Positions 6,605 to 15,811 are shown, counted from the stretch's first letter. The stretch is DNA of 25,447 nucleotides from a virus (IMGVR_UViG_3300033076_000130:1-25447), one strand, 5' to 3'. The notes: a model not told the origin generated them from the sequence alone. Numbers and translations are program-made.

Positions 6605-8533
6605 TTACCCCTTAAAGCTCTTTAGCTCAGCGTATAGTTTCATGCCAAGGTCTTTGCCTTCGCCCATAACGCCTTGACGACTGTCTTGACGGTTGAACGG
6701 AGCACCTACTGCTTGACCAGTTGACTTAGGACCATTTACGCCACCTGCCCAACGCATCATGTGTGGGTCGTCTTCGCCGGTTGTTTCTTGGTCAGTTGGC
6801 CAATCAGGTTGATTCTCATCTAATTCAGCTTCGCTGCCACATGAGCACGGGCTAGTTTCGCAGCCGCAACCTTCGTCTTGTGCCATGGCGCCTTGAGCTT
6901 GCATACCTGCTAAGTTCAATAACTGTGCCAGTTGCTCTGCTGCTTCGCCTTCTGCGCTAACAGTAATATTCTTACGTGGCTCACCAGTTTCGTCCATTGA
7001 CATGTTAACACTAACGTTCATGCTTTCTGAAATCATGGCTTCTAAGTCACGATTTAAGCTGTCGTAAATGCCTTTGCCAACGATACTGCCTTTTTTAGAT
7101 TTACCGCCTTCTGAAGGTGCTACTGAACCTGCTGTTGTAGTTTCTTCGGTCTTTTCCTTTTTGTTAGGAAGACCTTTTTCCTTTGTAGAAGCAAACTTTT
7201 TCAATTCGCCTTTGGGCATTTTGGCCATTTCTTTACTGGCACCTTTTAGTTTGCTCTTGGGAATCTCGCCCTTTTGTGCAGCGTGTGCAATACCAGCGGC
7301 ACGGCGTTGAGACTTGCTTACTGCTTCTTCTTCAACACCGCCTTTGAGTTCTGCGTTCTTGCGTTCAATGTCAGATACTACATCGTTGCGACGTCTAATA
7401 TCTTTACCCATACCAGCAAAACCTACACCATCATTACCTGAAGAGTGCTTACGCAAGAAGTTTTGTGCCATTTTGCGAGCAGCTTCTAATTGCTCACGAG
7501 TCTGGCACGATGCAATAACTTTGCTCAACTTAACTAAGTCGTTGCCTTCGTCTGGACCTTCTTCAACTTTTTCCTTGCGTCCACCTTTGTGCTTGTATGC
7601 TTTACCAGTTACACGCTCTGGCTTCTTGTCAGTTTTCTTAGGACGACCACGACCGCGCTTTTCGCCGTCTGCTGGCTTGTCATCGTCGGCGCCTACACTA
7701 TAACCTGTGTTGGGATCTACACGACGAGTCACACGGCGACCTGTGCCTGTGTTTTCAATATCGTGCTTGGCACCGTGTGTAATTTCGCCCTTCTTGGTTG
7801 CTGAACGACGACGCTCAACATCCTTGAGCATGTCATCCCAGCCTTCGTCGATGTCACTGTTGTCAGTGTATTCTTTGTTGCCCATTTTAAACTTGCCACC
7901 TTTTGGTGTAGCCTTGAGCTTGCCTGTAAATGCATTGCCTTCGTCGGCGACTTGTTGTTTGCCTCGAATCGCTTGTTTGATTGCATCAGCAGCAACATCA
8001 CCTAACATTTCGTCGACTTCTTTCTTTGCACCAGCAATTTTGTCAGCAAAAGTAATCTTGTCTTTAGGAGGTGCCAGTGCAGCAAATGCTGCCTTGTCGA
8101 CACCTTCTTCTGCCATTGGTTGTTGACCAGTTGGTTGTTGGCCAGGTTGTTGTGGTTGAACTTTTCCAGTTACTGGTACGCCAGCTTTCTTTTGCAAGTC
8201 TTTGATCATGTCTTCGTCACTGCCATGACCTAGTGTATTGCCAATAGCACTAAGAGCTGCTTGAGCGCCACTCTTAACTGTGTCAACAAAGCCTTCGTCT
8301 AATTCTTCTTCTAGCTTGCCAGCTTTGGCCATTTTAGCACGGACTGCGCCTGCTACACGTTCGCCAGCAGCTTTGCTACCGTATTCTTTAGCAGCTTTGT
8401 CAGCCAATGCTTTGAAGCCAGTAGTTTTGTTATTGTGTTTACCTTCATCACGTTCGTTAAGTTGACCGTGTTTGAGTTCTGGCGTAGCACGAATCTCGTC
8501 CAGCTTCTTGTTTAAGTTGTAAAAAAATGTCAT
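6605..8533 (-). CDS. Large K/E-rich probable head-internal polyprotein-like protein with AT-hook and DUF3008-like modules
   Basis: 642 aa; SD GAGGA upstream; more than 10 hydrophobic-x-E sites separating basic segments; KRGRGRPKK at 7634-7660; DUF3008-like segment at 7142-7324. Confidence 0.6.
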   Translation of the reverse strand: MTFFYNLNKKLDEIRATPELKHGQLNERDEGKHNNKTTGFKALADKAAKEYGSKAAGERVAGAVRAKMAKAGKLEEELDEGFVDTVKSGAQAALSAIGNTLGHGSDEDMIKDLQKKAGVPVTGKVQPQQPGQQPTGQQPMAEEGVDKAAFAALAPPKDKITFADKIAGAKKEVDEMLGDVAADAIKQAIRGKQQVADEGNAFTGKLKATPKGGKFKMGNKEYTDNSDIDEGWDDMLKDVERRRSATKKGEITHGAKHDIENTGTGRRVTRRVDPNTGYSVGADDDKPADGEKRGRGRPKKTDKKPERVTGKAYKHKGGRKEKVEEGPDEGNDLVKLSKVIASCQTREQLEAARKMAQNFLRKHSSGNDGVGFAGMGKDIRRRNDVVSDIERKNAELKGGVEEEAVSKSQRRAAGIAHAAQKGEIPKSKLKGASKEMAKMPKGELKKFASTKEKGLPNKKEKTEETTTAGSVAPSEGGKSKKGSIVGKGIYDSLNRDLEAMISESMNVSVNMSMDETGEPRKNITVSAEGEAAEQLAQLLNLAGMQAQGAMAQDEGCGCETSPCSCGSEAELDENQPDWPTDQETTGEDDPHMMRWAGGVNGPKSTGQAVGAPFNRQDSRQGVMGEGKDLGMKLYAELKSFKG

Positions 8534-8539
8534 TTTAAA

Positions 8540-9148
8540 TTATCCTCGTGGGTTACGGCCAGTTGCTGGCTTTGATGGACGCTTGACTGCGCTCATTGGG
8601 CTATTATCTCCCATCGGCAAGTCATTTGTAGTTTCTGCTGGTTTAGTTTTTCCGCCAGCAATAGTAAAGTCTGAACGATATGCGTTCTTGAGAACTTCGT
8701 GATCATAGGGACCAACTGCGTAATCTTTGTTTAGAGCTTTTTGTTTCTTGTCAGGTGCAGGATAGTTAGTATTGTCCAACAATCCTTTGTTCTGGTCTTC
8801 AATATCTGTGCGCTCTTCTTCGTTGTTGTCGCTGTAATTAGGCGTTTGCATTAAAACACGGTTAGGATCAAATCCCAACAACTGTGCAATTTGACGAATT
8901 TGTGCATCAATAGCTGGATAACGGAATTCTACATCTAGTGTAGACATACGCTCATTGCTAAATGCAGGAAAGTCCGGTGTGCGAGCCTGGATTGGGGTAG
9001 TTTTAATATCACCAATTTTGACAGGATCAAACTGTTCTAGCTTTTCCTTGAGCCCTTTTAAAAATTCACTCGGCACATCACCGGCGAATTTGATGCGATA
9101 AGAGTAGGTTCTTTCGCTTTCAATTAGATAATCTCTGAAGTGTTTCAT
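8540..9148 (-). CDS. Probable head-associated protein with a capsid-targeting-like N-terminus
   Basis: N-terminus MKHFRDYLIE resembles the T4 internal-protein targeting sequence MKTYQEFIAE; own TAAATA and AGGGA SD. Confidence 0.55.
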   Translation of the reverse strand: MKHFRDYLIESERTYSYRIKFAGDVPSEFLKGLKEKLEQFDPVKIGDIKTTPIQARTPDFPAFSNERMSTLDVEFRYPAIDAQIRQIAQLLGFDPNRVLMQTPNYSDNNEEERTDIEDQNKGLLDNTNYPAPDKKQKALNKDYAVGPYDHEVLKNAYRSDFTIAGGKTKPAETTNDLPMGDNSPMSAVKRPSKPATGRNPRG

Positions 9149-9165
9149 GTCAGTTCCCTATAAGA

Positions 9166-9171
9166 TATTTA
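9166..9171 (-). promoter_or_regulatory. Late promoter core TAAATA with SD-containing leader (17 nt to ATG 9148)
   Basis: Minus strand CTAAATATCTTATAGGGAACTGAC-ATG. Confidence 0.65.
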
Positions 9172-9177
9172 GCTGAT

Positions 9178-9669
9178 TTATTTGTTTTGCTTCTGCTGCG
9201 ATAGCAGGCGTTCAAGAATGTCGTTGCGATTGAGCACCTGACCTTGGGCAGTTTCTTGCGGACCTTCATCGCCCTGCAAGTCTCGATCTAGCTTGAGTTT
9301 TTTCATTTGTAAGTCGATCATCTTGAGCTTTTTGTTCATCTTGGCTGTTTTAGCAGATAGCGCATGTCCGAGCATCGTTCCTGCTACACCAAAAATCTCA
9401 GCAGCAAATCTGCTGTCGACGTTCATGCCCAAATCGGACAAATCTTGGAAACTTTTCTTGGCTAAGTCGGCAATTTCGTCCAGCTCGTTGTCAGATTTAT
9501 CAACGTCGGATACTTCTGACAGTGCAGCATCAATCTTATCGATGGTGTCATCAACAGTGGTAATAATATTACGTGTTTCCTCAACAGACAACTTGCTGGT
9601 ATCATTTAAATGATCAACAATTGTTTCGTTTGTTGGGAGATCAAAAAGTTCTTCGAGTTTACGGGTCAT
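9178..9669 (-). CDS. Helical protein, possible terminase small subunit (gp16-like)
   Basis: 163 aa; two long helices around SRFAAEIFGVAGTML and a short C-terminal strand-helix (VLNRNDILERL), the architecture of T4-type TerS; late promoter. Sequence similarity is weak by eye. Confidence 0.45.
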   Translation of the reverse strand: MTRKLEELFDLPTNETIVDHLNDTSKLSVEETRNIITTVDDTIDKIDAALSEVSDVDKSDNELDEIADLAKKSFQDLSDLGMNVDSRFAAEIFGVAGTMLGHALSAKTAKMNKKLKMIDLQMKKLKLDRDLQGDEGPQETAQGQVLNRNDILERLLSQQKQNK

Positions 9670-9673
9670 GCCA

Positions 9674-9679
9674 TATTTA
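9674..9679 (-). promoter_or_regulatory. Late promoter core TAAATA, 4 nt before ATG 9669
   Basis: Minus strand CCCATAAATATGGC-ATG; no SD. Confidence 0.65.
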
Positions 9680-9684
9680 TGGGC

Positions 9685-10116
9685 TTACGCACGCCCGTTA
9701 TGAAACATGTCCTGTTCGGTTATAACTCTAAATGTCAGTCCTTGGCGTTGGCACCAGACTTGGGCTGCTGCCCATTTTGCATGATTAACTGCAACTACAG
9801 CACGTTCTTGTGGCTTTTGCTTTTCAGTAATCATACTTTGCCCAGCTGGCTTGATTTCAACTACTTCAGCTTTAACTGTATTGTCTTTGGTTCTATAAAC
9901 AACTAAAAAATCTGGAACATAGATAGTTTGTTTACCAGTTAGTGGATGTCTATAAGGAATATTGATACTTTCGCTTGCCCACTGTAGCACATGGTCGTTT
10001 GTATCGCAAAATCGCATAAATGCAAGTTCCCATCCTGAACGATATCTCGGCGTTCCTTTGCCAACATACTTTTCTGGATTGGTAATTTTGTAAGCGCCTT
10101 GTGCCCACTTGGCCAT
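9685..10116 (-). CDS. Head completion nuclease (T4 gp4-like, TnsA-type PD-(D/E)xK)
   Basis: NPEKYVG, YRSGWE..FM..CD, WASE..IPY.HP..GK...YVPDF, EIKP, N.AKW.AA, FRVITE. Confidence 0.92.
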   Translation of the reverse strand: MAKWAQGAYKITNPEKYVGKGTPRYRSGWELAFMRFCDTNDHVLQWASESINIPYRHPLTGKQTIYVPDFLVVYRTKDNTVKAEVVEIKPAGQSMITEKQKPQERAVVAVNHAKWAAAQVWCQRQGLTFRVITEQDMFHNGRA

Positions 10117-10475
10117 TACTGTCTCACGTTTCTAGCTGCCCAAAAATTAGGAGCAGTTGGCTCAAGTAGTCCTAGCAATGTTGCATTGCTTCTTACGCTG
10201 TTAAGATAATAACAGAGACTGATAGTCAACTGAGGGCCAGTTGTTCCTTGGATTTGATCTAGTATTGTTAAAGCACTAACACCACTTTCTTGTGCTACTC
10301 TAAAAATTGCCACTGTAAAGTTTTGTGCTTGTTCAGCAGTATTGAATACACTTTTAAAATAACTCAATACAATATCATATTCTGCTGCCGGAACATCCTC
10401 GGCGTAATTATAAAATTGATCGTAGATTCTTACCGTCTGGTCAATTCTAGGATTGATAGCATTAATAGTTCCCAT
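10116..10475 (-). CDS. Hypothetical protein (119 aa), probably tail/baseplate associated
   Basis: Coupled between the tube-initiator-like gene and the gp4-like gene. Confidence 0.7.
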   Translation of the reverse strand: MGTINAINPRIDQTVRIYDQFYNYAEDVPAAEYDIVLSYFKSVFNTAEQAQNFTVAIFRVAQESGVSALTILDQIQGTTGPQLTISLCYYLNSVRSNATLLGLLEPTAPNFWAARNVRQ

Positions 10476-10477
10476 GA

Positions 10478-11722
10478 TTACCTCGCAATGGTTCCTTGAC
10501 TAATTGCTTGTTGAGTAGCTTCTGTTACTCCCAGTGCAGGAGATCGTGTATCACCTTTGGGCGGTGTTGGGAAGAATATACCATCGAGAATACCACGTTG
10601 GCCTGTGCCAGGTAGACCTGGAGATCCTTGAGTTCCGATCGCTGCTCTTACTGCACCAGGCAATGCACCTTTAGCAATAGTAGTCGCACTTTGTTTGACT
10701 TCTTGATTAACAATGCTACGAATGTTTTTATCTTTGAAAGTATTGTATGCAGTCAAAGACTTTTGTGCTGCGCCAATCAGTCCAGCAACAGTACCAGATG
10801 CTAAATCTTCAGCAATACCAACACCAGCATCAATCAATCCGCCTTGACCTAATACTGTGGCATTTGAACCTGGGCGGCTAATACCACTACGAATTGTGTC
10901 GTAGTATGCTGGATCTGCAAATCCCTGAACGTTGGTATCTGGACGGACTCCGCCGATTGCGCCTGTTCCATACTTTACAGTTTCATAGCGCAAGGTCATT
11001 CTATGGCTCATAGTGCCGTTGCCTTGACTATAATCATATTGGTCATGTTGCCATTCAGTGATCATTGGATTGATCAATATATAACTGGACCATCTATGTT
11101 GGTCCATACCAAAAATTCGAATGTCTCTAAAGAATGGCATTTTGCCTGGTCGGCCGACACTGTAGAAATCTTTACCATCAGCATAACTTTCGCCGATGTA
11201 ACCCCAGTCGTTTACAGGACGATCATTGTCGTAGATATCTCTAGCATTGTAATTAAACCCTGCTGGACTACCAATTAACGCACCAAGGCTACCATTGGTG
11301 TTAGCTAGGTTATCGTATTTTTGACTTGGGTCTTTGTAGTAGTATGAATAGTAGCTATACCACATTTGTCTAATGAGGTCGCCGCCGTCGTCGTGGAATT
11401 CAAATTGAACTGGTTGGTATTCAATCTTTGTCTGAACCAATCTTTTACGATTGTATTGGTTCATTGTTTCTACGTTAACGTTGTAGTTTGGGAGTTGGAC
11501 ATTTTTTACCATTAACCCAATTGTAGCAATGTCTTGGTTGTTGAACACCGATGCCAGTGCTGGAACATAGGTTGTGTTTATAGTAAAATAAACATGGAAT
11601 AGGTATTTGTGCCGAGGCGCAAACTCAGATCCATTAGTAAGAAAGGTTTTAGCGGCATGAGCGTAATCTTTTAATTGATCACTGCCGGTAAAACCTTTTA
11701 AAAAGTCTTGCCCAAAAGCCAT
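10478..11722 (-). CDS. Tail-tube-fold baseplate protein (gp54/gp48-like tube initiator or cap)
   Basis: PRHKYLFHVYF, VQLPNYNVNVETMNQYNRKR, YQPVQFEFHDD, Y.LINPMITEWQHDQYDYS, MTLRYE: tube-fold pattern parallel to the adjacent gp19. Confidence 0.72.
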   Translation of the reverse strand: MAFGQDFLKGFTGSDQLKDYAHAAKTFLTNGSEFAPRHKYLFHVYFTINTTYVPALASVFNNQDIATIGLMVKNVQLPNYNVNVETMNQYNRKRLVQTKIEYQPVQFEFHDDGGDLIRQMWYSYYSYYYKDPSQKYDNLANTNGSLGALIGSPAGFNYNARDIYDNDRPVNDWGYIGESYADGKDFYSVGRPGKMPFFRDIRIFGMDQHRWSSYILINPMITEWQHDQYDYSQGNGTMSHRMTLRYETVKYGTGAIGGVRPDTNVQGFADPAYYDTIRSGISRPGSNATVLGQGGLIDAGVGIAEDLASGTVAGLIGAAQKSLTAYNTFKDKNIRSIVNQEVKQSATTIAKGALPGAVRAAIGTQGSPGLPGTGQRGILDGIFFPTPPKGDTRSPALGVTEATQQAISQGTIAR

Positions 11723-11725
11723 TTA

Positions 11726-12352
11726 TTAGCCTGTAGCAACGTCGCCAACAATTCTACCAATTGTTTGACCAACACCAACGTTGTTACCAGCGGTATTTGT
11801 CTGGACAGCGTTGTCGAAGCGGATAGTCATTGCAATAGTAGCAGGTTCGCTAGAACCATAGTTCATATCGCCATAGTTGACTTCGTTAAGGTAGCAACCG
11901 TAAATTTCCCAGGTTTCAAGAACAACTGGTTCGTTGGTTCCGTTACCGCCGTCGAGAACTTGGAATTGTGTTACAAACTTATAATCAATACCAGATGCAG
12001 CACTTGCTTGTTCTGCAAAGTCTAATTGCTTCTGAAGTTGTTCGCCAACTAACTTACTAACTGCACCGCTAGCATCATCACGCAATGTGCAAGTAATGTC
12101 GCCCCAGGTGTGTCTACCTGCTAGTTTGATTGTTGAGTTGTAGATTGGAATATCAATTTGATCAAAACTAACTGTAGGACGAGTAAAGTCCATAACTTGC
12201 TTAGTTAATTCAGTTCTAGGTGTAGAAACACCAAAGTTTTGAAATTCAACTCTAAATCTATATTTCAGTTTTGGCATCAGCAAACCCTGTGTAGGGTTAC
12301 TGTCGCTGCTTGCCAAAGGCACTGTCATTTTTGTTAATGATGCTACTGCCAT
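11726..12352 (-). CDS. Tail tube protein (gp19-like)
   Basis: PKLKYRFRV, RPTVSF, LAGRHTWGDITCTLRDD, ETWEIYGCYL..VNYGDMNY, TIRFDNA; directly downstream of the sheath; SD AGGAG. Confidence 0.92.
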   Translation of the reverse strand: MAVASLTKMTVPLASSDSNPTQGLLMPKLKYRFRVEFQNFGVSTPRTELTKQVMDFTRPTVSFDQIDIPIYNSTIKLAGRHTWGDITCTLRDDASGAVSKLVGEQLQKQLDFAEQASAASGIDYKFVTQFQVLDGGNGTNEPVVLETWEIYGCYLNEVNYGDMNYGSSEPATIAMTIRFDNAVQTNTAGNNVGVGQTIGRIVGDVATG

Positions 12353-12359
12353 ATTATAT

Positions 12360-12379
12360 CTCCTGTATACGTTTATTTA
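12360..12379 (-). promoter_or_regulatory. Late promoter TAAATA (12374-12379) and SD AGGAG (12360-12364) for the tail tube gene
   Basis: Minus strand CCATAAATAAACGTATACAGGAGATATAAT-ATG. Confidence 0.75.
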
Positions 12380-12393
12380 TGGTCTTTTGGTCG

Positions 12394-12426
12394 AGAAAAA
12401 AATAGGGCCCAAAGACCCTATTTTCT
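12394..12426 (-). terminator. Rho-independent terminator after the sheath gene
   Basis: Minus strand AAAATAGGGTC-TTTG-GGCCCTATTTTTTT: stem with one G-U pair, 4-nt loop, U7 tail. Confidence 0.85.
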
Positions 12427-12447
12427 TAGCTGCTAATGCTGGATTTA

Positions 12448-15400
12448 TCATCCTGCCGAAGCTACTGTGCTTATACTGCTTGAAATCTCTCCAGTGTTCT
12501 TAATACGCAATGGAATGTAGATGAATTCAACTGCTTTAACTGGTTCAATAGCAATATCAACCCACAACTCATTGTTGTCAATGCGTGCAGGTGTGTTGTT
12601 GGTTAAGTCACAAACTACTAGGTAGTCATAGATACCGCGCTTGTTAACCAAGTCGATCATCAATGAGTTAACTGCATTGCTCATCTCGTTGCGAGTGATC
12701 TGATCGTTGGGTTCAAACAAGAATGTTTTACCAATTTCTTGTAGTCTGCCACGGATAAACGCAATCAAACGTGACACGTTGATTCTGTTCAATGCTGTCG
12801 CTACGCCAGTTGCAGTCTTGTTACCAAAGTTAGTGATACCAACACCTGGCACAAAAGTAATTGGGTTAATACTTAACTCATACAATGCATCACGCAAGCC
12901 TTGATTTACACCTAGTGTTACAAACTCGCCAGTTGCACCATTTACATAACCAATGGTTGCTGCGTTATCGATGACACCACGACGTGTACCAGCCGGAGCT
13001 AACCAAGGATAAGCAACTTCGTCACTACGCAAGATTGTTCGCAACATCATGTGGCTTGGTGGTTGAACTACAACGGAACCGCTTAGGTCATTTGTTTGGC
13101 AACTTGGATAGAAAGTACCTAAGTAAACATCACTTGTTGACAAGCCATCTCCGGTTGTAGTTGCGTTGTTAGCCCAGGCAGCAAAATCGCTAGGGTTCGG
13201 AGCTAGTCTCAACGGAGTATCACCAACAACAAACGCTGTATTGTTACGATCGTTGTTTAATGCTACCATGTTAGGAATCAACTCTGGATATTGTGGGCAA
13301 GCAATCAAATTGTATTGACGTTGCTCTTCACGAATATCAGTTGACGAGTCAATGCCAGCCTTGAGAGCAGCAACAATAATAGCACGTTGTGCATTACGTC
13401 CCATGTATGGGCTACCGTCGGCTTTATTTCCACTAACTGTTACCCAAGCATTAGTTACTGTAGGTAGAACGTCGTCTGGGAAACTTTGTGCGTTAAAGTA
13501 ATCAACTTTGAATTCTTTAACGTTGTAACCTGAACGGCGTGTGTTCCATAACAACATACCTTGTGGATATAAAGCAGGGTTAGGTGCGTCTAGATCAACG
13601 TAATCGCTGGTTAACAAACTAACAATAGATGGAATTGGATCAGAGATCGGATCAGTTGTTCCGTTTGGTGCCCAACGAGCATCATCAAACAAGATACCAT
13701 TTTCTGTTGTTTGATCTGTGTTTACAATCTGTACCCATTGATCAACACTATCAACTGATTCCCAACGATACAACAATGGGTAATTTTCTAAATCACTGGT
13801 GTCAACCCACAAATCGCCATAAGCCAATGGGCTTTGTGCTGTATTTGTTTGTGTTGTCGGTGCTGTTGCTGCAAAGATCGGACCGGTTGCGTTAGTTAAA
13901 CTCAAATCGTAACCACGAACGTCGTTGGTAACGTTTTGATAACCTTGCCAGGTACCGTTGTTTTGAATCATAATGTCAGCTTGTGTAGTAGCACTATAAT
14001 ACCACATACGGTTATTTGCTGGATCTTGACTTGGAGCAGTGTCACTTGCAGTGTATGTGAACCATGGTGTAGAAACAAATGGTGTTAATCCCAATCCGTT
14101 GTTAGATGCTGGTTCACAGAATTCAACGCTTAAATCAAAGCCTGCGTCATTGACCGGATTTCCTACTTGGTCTCGTAGAATAATCAAACCAGCTGTGGCA
14201 TGTGTGAACACAATTGCACCGTCGCTGTTGATAGAAGCAGAAACGTTAGGAATATTTGCAGCACTGACTGCTGCAACAAATGCCGATGATGTTGTTCCTG
14301 TAATCGTAACAGTAGCTACAGTAGATGCTGCTGTTCCAGGCTCACTAGCGGTAATAGTAAACGAATCTCCAGGTGTGAAACTAGGAGAGGTATCAAGACC
14401 TGTAACAACCAATGGACCAGAAGATATTTTTTCATAGATGATAAATCCACCAGTGCCTGGATTATCAAAATCAGGGTTAGTTCTAGCCCATGTAGCCCCA
14501 GCTGGAATGTTTATGCCGCCACCGCTTGGGTCTTGAGCATAAATGTAGTTGAATCCGCTGCTGTAAACAGGAACAGCTTGTTGAATCCAGGTGCCTAACA
14601 CAGCTGAGTATTTCTTAAGAACTAAATTAGTTCCAAGGTTTACTGCGTTTGTTTTTTGCCATACAGAACCAGTTGGTTCTGGTTGAGTGTCAGTTGCTCT
14701 CCAACGTGGAGCACTATAGTTATATCCTGTGTAGAACTCAGGAGCATAGTAAGTTTTTTCTGTGATACCCAACGATGCTAGTGGGGCTGTTCCACTATAA
14801 GAACCGTTGCCGATGAATACTGCACCAACGTTTCCTGTACCTGATGAACCATCAGTAGTGGCTTGAGAATCAGCATAAATCACTAGCTTACCTTGATCAA
14901 CTGCTGCATATACGCCTGTAATAGCTGCATTGTTGATGTTGTCACACAAGTTCTTTACAGATGCAACTCCAGCAACATCAACAGCAACAGATTGTCCATT
15001 GATAATAATAGTATTACCGGCGGTTAATGTAGCAGACGATGTGGTTTGCTGGATAGCTGGCCATGCAGTTTTCCAGTTGTCGCTGCCAAGTAGTTGCCAT
15101 GTGTTGTATAAATCAAGCAATGGGCTACCAGCAGTGGTATAATTTACAGTTGCGCTGTAGCTACTTGTAGAAGGACCGCCGCGCTTGTAATAAATGCGGT
15201 TGCTAGTTTGAGTAGCAGTTACAGCATAATCACCAATTGATCCAATGGTAGTCAATGGGATAGTAGTTGTTGGAGTTAAATCACTGGTGTTAGTGATTAC
15301 TGTAGGAACCTTGTTTGTAAATGATGCTGTGGTTTGGTTCCATTGGAAAATACCCCAGAGACTTTCGCTTGTGTCTAACCAGAAATCGCCATCAGTTGCA

Positions 15401-15786
15401 GCGCCGGTTGGGCGAACTAAACTTGCAGTAAGTTCAGACAAATCAATATCGGCACGTTGAACATAGCAACGATTTGTAACGCCTAGTGCAGAATAAGCAG
15501 CCAATAAGCCGTATTCATTGAGTTCGTAACCGTTGATTGGAGTGCCAGCAGTGGTCTTGTAAAAGAATGGTACACCAAATGTAGCAGACAAGTCACGTTG
15601 ACTTGTAATTAGATATGGTTTGTTTGCATTAGCTGCCAATGTTCCGGCAGCAACGCCAGTTCCTGTTCCAGAAACTTTATTTTGTGCTGTTGCAATCAAC
15701 ACATACGGGACTGAGTTTGTAGCAGCAGGGATATATTGACTCTCGTCAATTACTGTTACTTCTACGCCGGGTGAAATTAGTGCCAT
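12448..15786 (-). CDS. Contractile tail sheath protein (gp18-like) with a large internal insertion
   Basis: N-terminus LISPGVEVTVIDES; C-terminus YPWLAPAGTRRG, LYELSINPI, FGNKT, LNRINVSRL, FEPND, VCDLTNNTP.RID.NEL.VDIAIEPVKAVEFIYI. Confidence 0.97.
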   Translation of the reverse strand: MALISPGVEVTVIDESQYIPAATNSVPYVLIATAQNKVSGTGTGVAAGTLAANANKPYLITSQRDLSATFGVPFFYKTTAGTPINGYELNEYGLLAAYSALGVTNRCYVQRADIDLSELTASLVRPTGAATDGDFWLDTSESLWGIFQWNQTTASFTNKVPTVITNTSDLTPTTTIPLTTIGSIGDYAVTATQTSNRIYYKRGGPSTSSYSATVNYTTAGSPLLDLYNTWQLLGSDNWKTAWPAIQQTTSSATLTAGNTIIINGQSVAVDVAGVASVKNLCDNINNAAITGVYAAVDQGKLVIYADSQATTDGSSGTGNVGAVFIGNGSYSGTAPLASLGITEKTYYAPEFYTGYNYSAPRWRATDTQPEPTGSVWQKTNAVNLGTNLVLKKYSAVLGTWIQQAVPVYSSGFNYIYAQDPSGGGINIPAGATWARTNPDFDNPGTGGFIIYEKISSGPLVVTGLDTSPSFTPGDSFTITASEPGTAASTVATVTITGTTSSAFVAAVSAANIPNVSASINSDGAIVFTHATAGLIILRDQVGNPVNDAGFDLSVEFCEPASNNGLGLTPFVSTPWFTYTASDTAPSQDPANNRMWYYSATTQADIMIQNNGTWQGYQNVTNDVRGYDLSLTNATGPIFAATAPTTQTNTAQSPLAYGDLWVDTSDLENYPLLYRWESVDSVDQWVQIVNTDQTTENGILFDDARWAPNGTTDPISDPIPSIVSLLTSDYVDLDAPNPALYPQGMLLWNTRRSGYNVKEFKVDYFNAQSFPDDVLPTVTNAWVTVSGNKADGSPYMGRNAQRAIIVAALKAGIDSSTDIREEQRQYNLIACPQYPELIPNMVALNNDRNNTAFVVGDTPLRLAPNPSDFAAWANNATTTGDGLSTSDVYLGTFYPSCQTNDLSGSVVVQPPSHMMLRTILRSDEVAYPWLAPAGTRRGVIDNAATIGYVNGATGEFVTLGVNQGLRDALYELSINPITFVPGVGITNFGNKTATGVATALNRINVSRLIAFIRGRLQEIGKTFLFEPNDQITRNEMSNAVNSLMIDLVNKRGIYDYLVVCDLTNNTPARIDNNELWVDIAIEPVKAVEFIYIPLRIKNTGEISSSISTVASAG

Positions 15787-15811
15787 GGTAAATCCTTTTC
15801 TTAGCTAATGA

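Noticed and set aside
7068-8465. Several plus-strand ORFs of 61-139 aa opposite the 642-aa gene
   Set aside because: Antisense shadows (S/L/P/F-rich mirror of K/E/G codons) with no RBS or promoter; similar shadows occur over the sheath, terminase and 376-aa genes.
9685-10116. TnsA-like nuclease suggesting a Tn7 element
   Set aside because: Motifs and context match T4 gp4 head-completion protein; no tnsB/tnsC or transposon ends.
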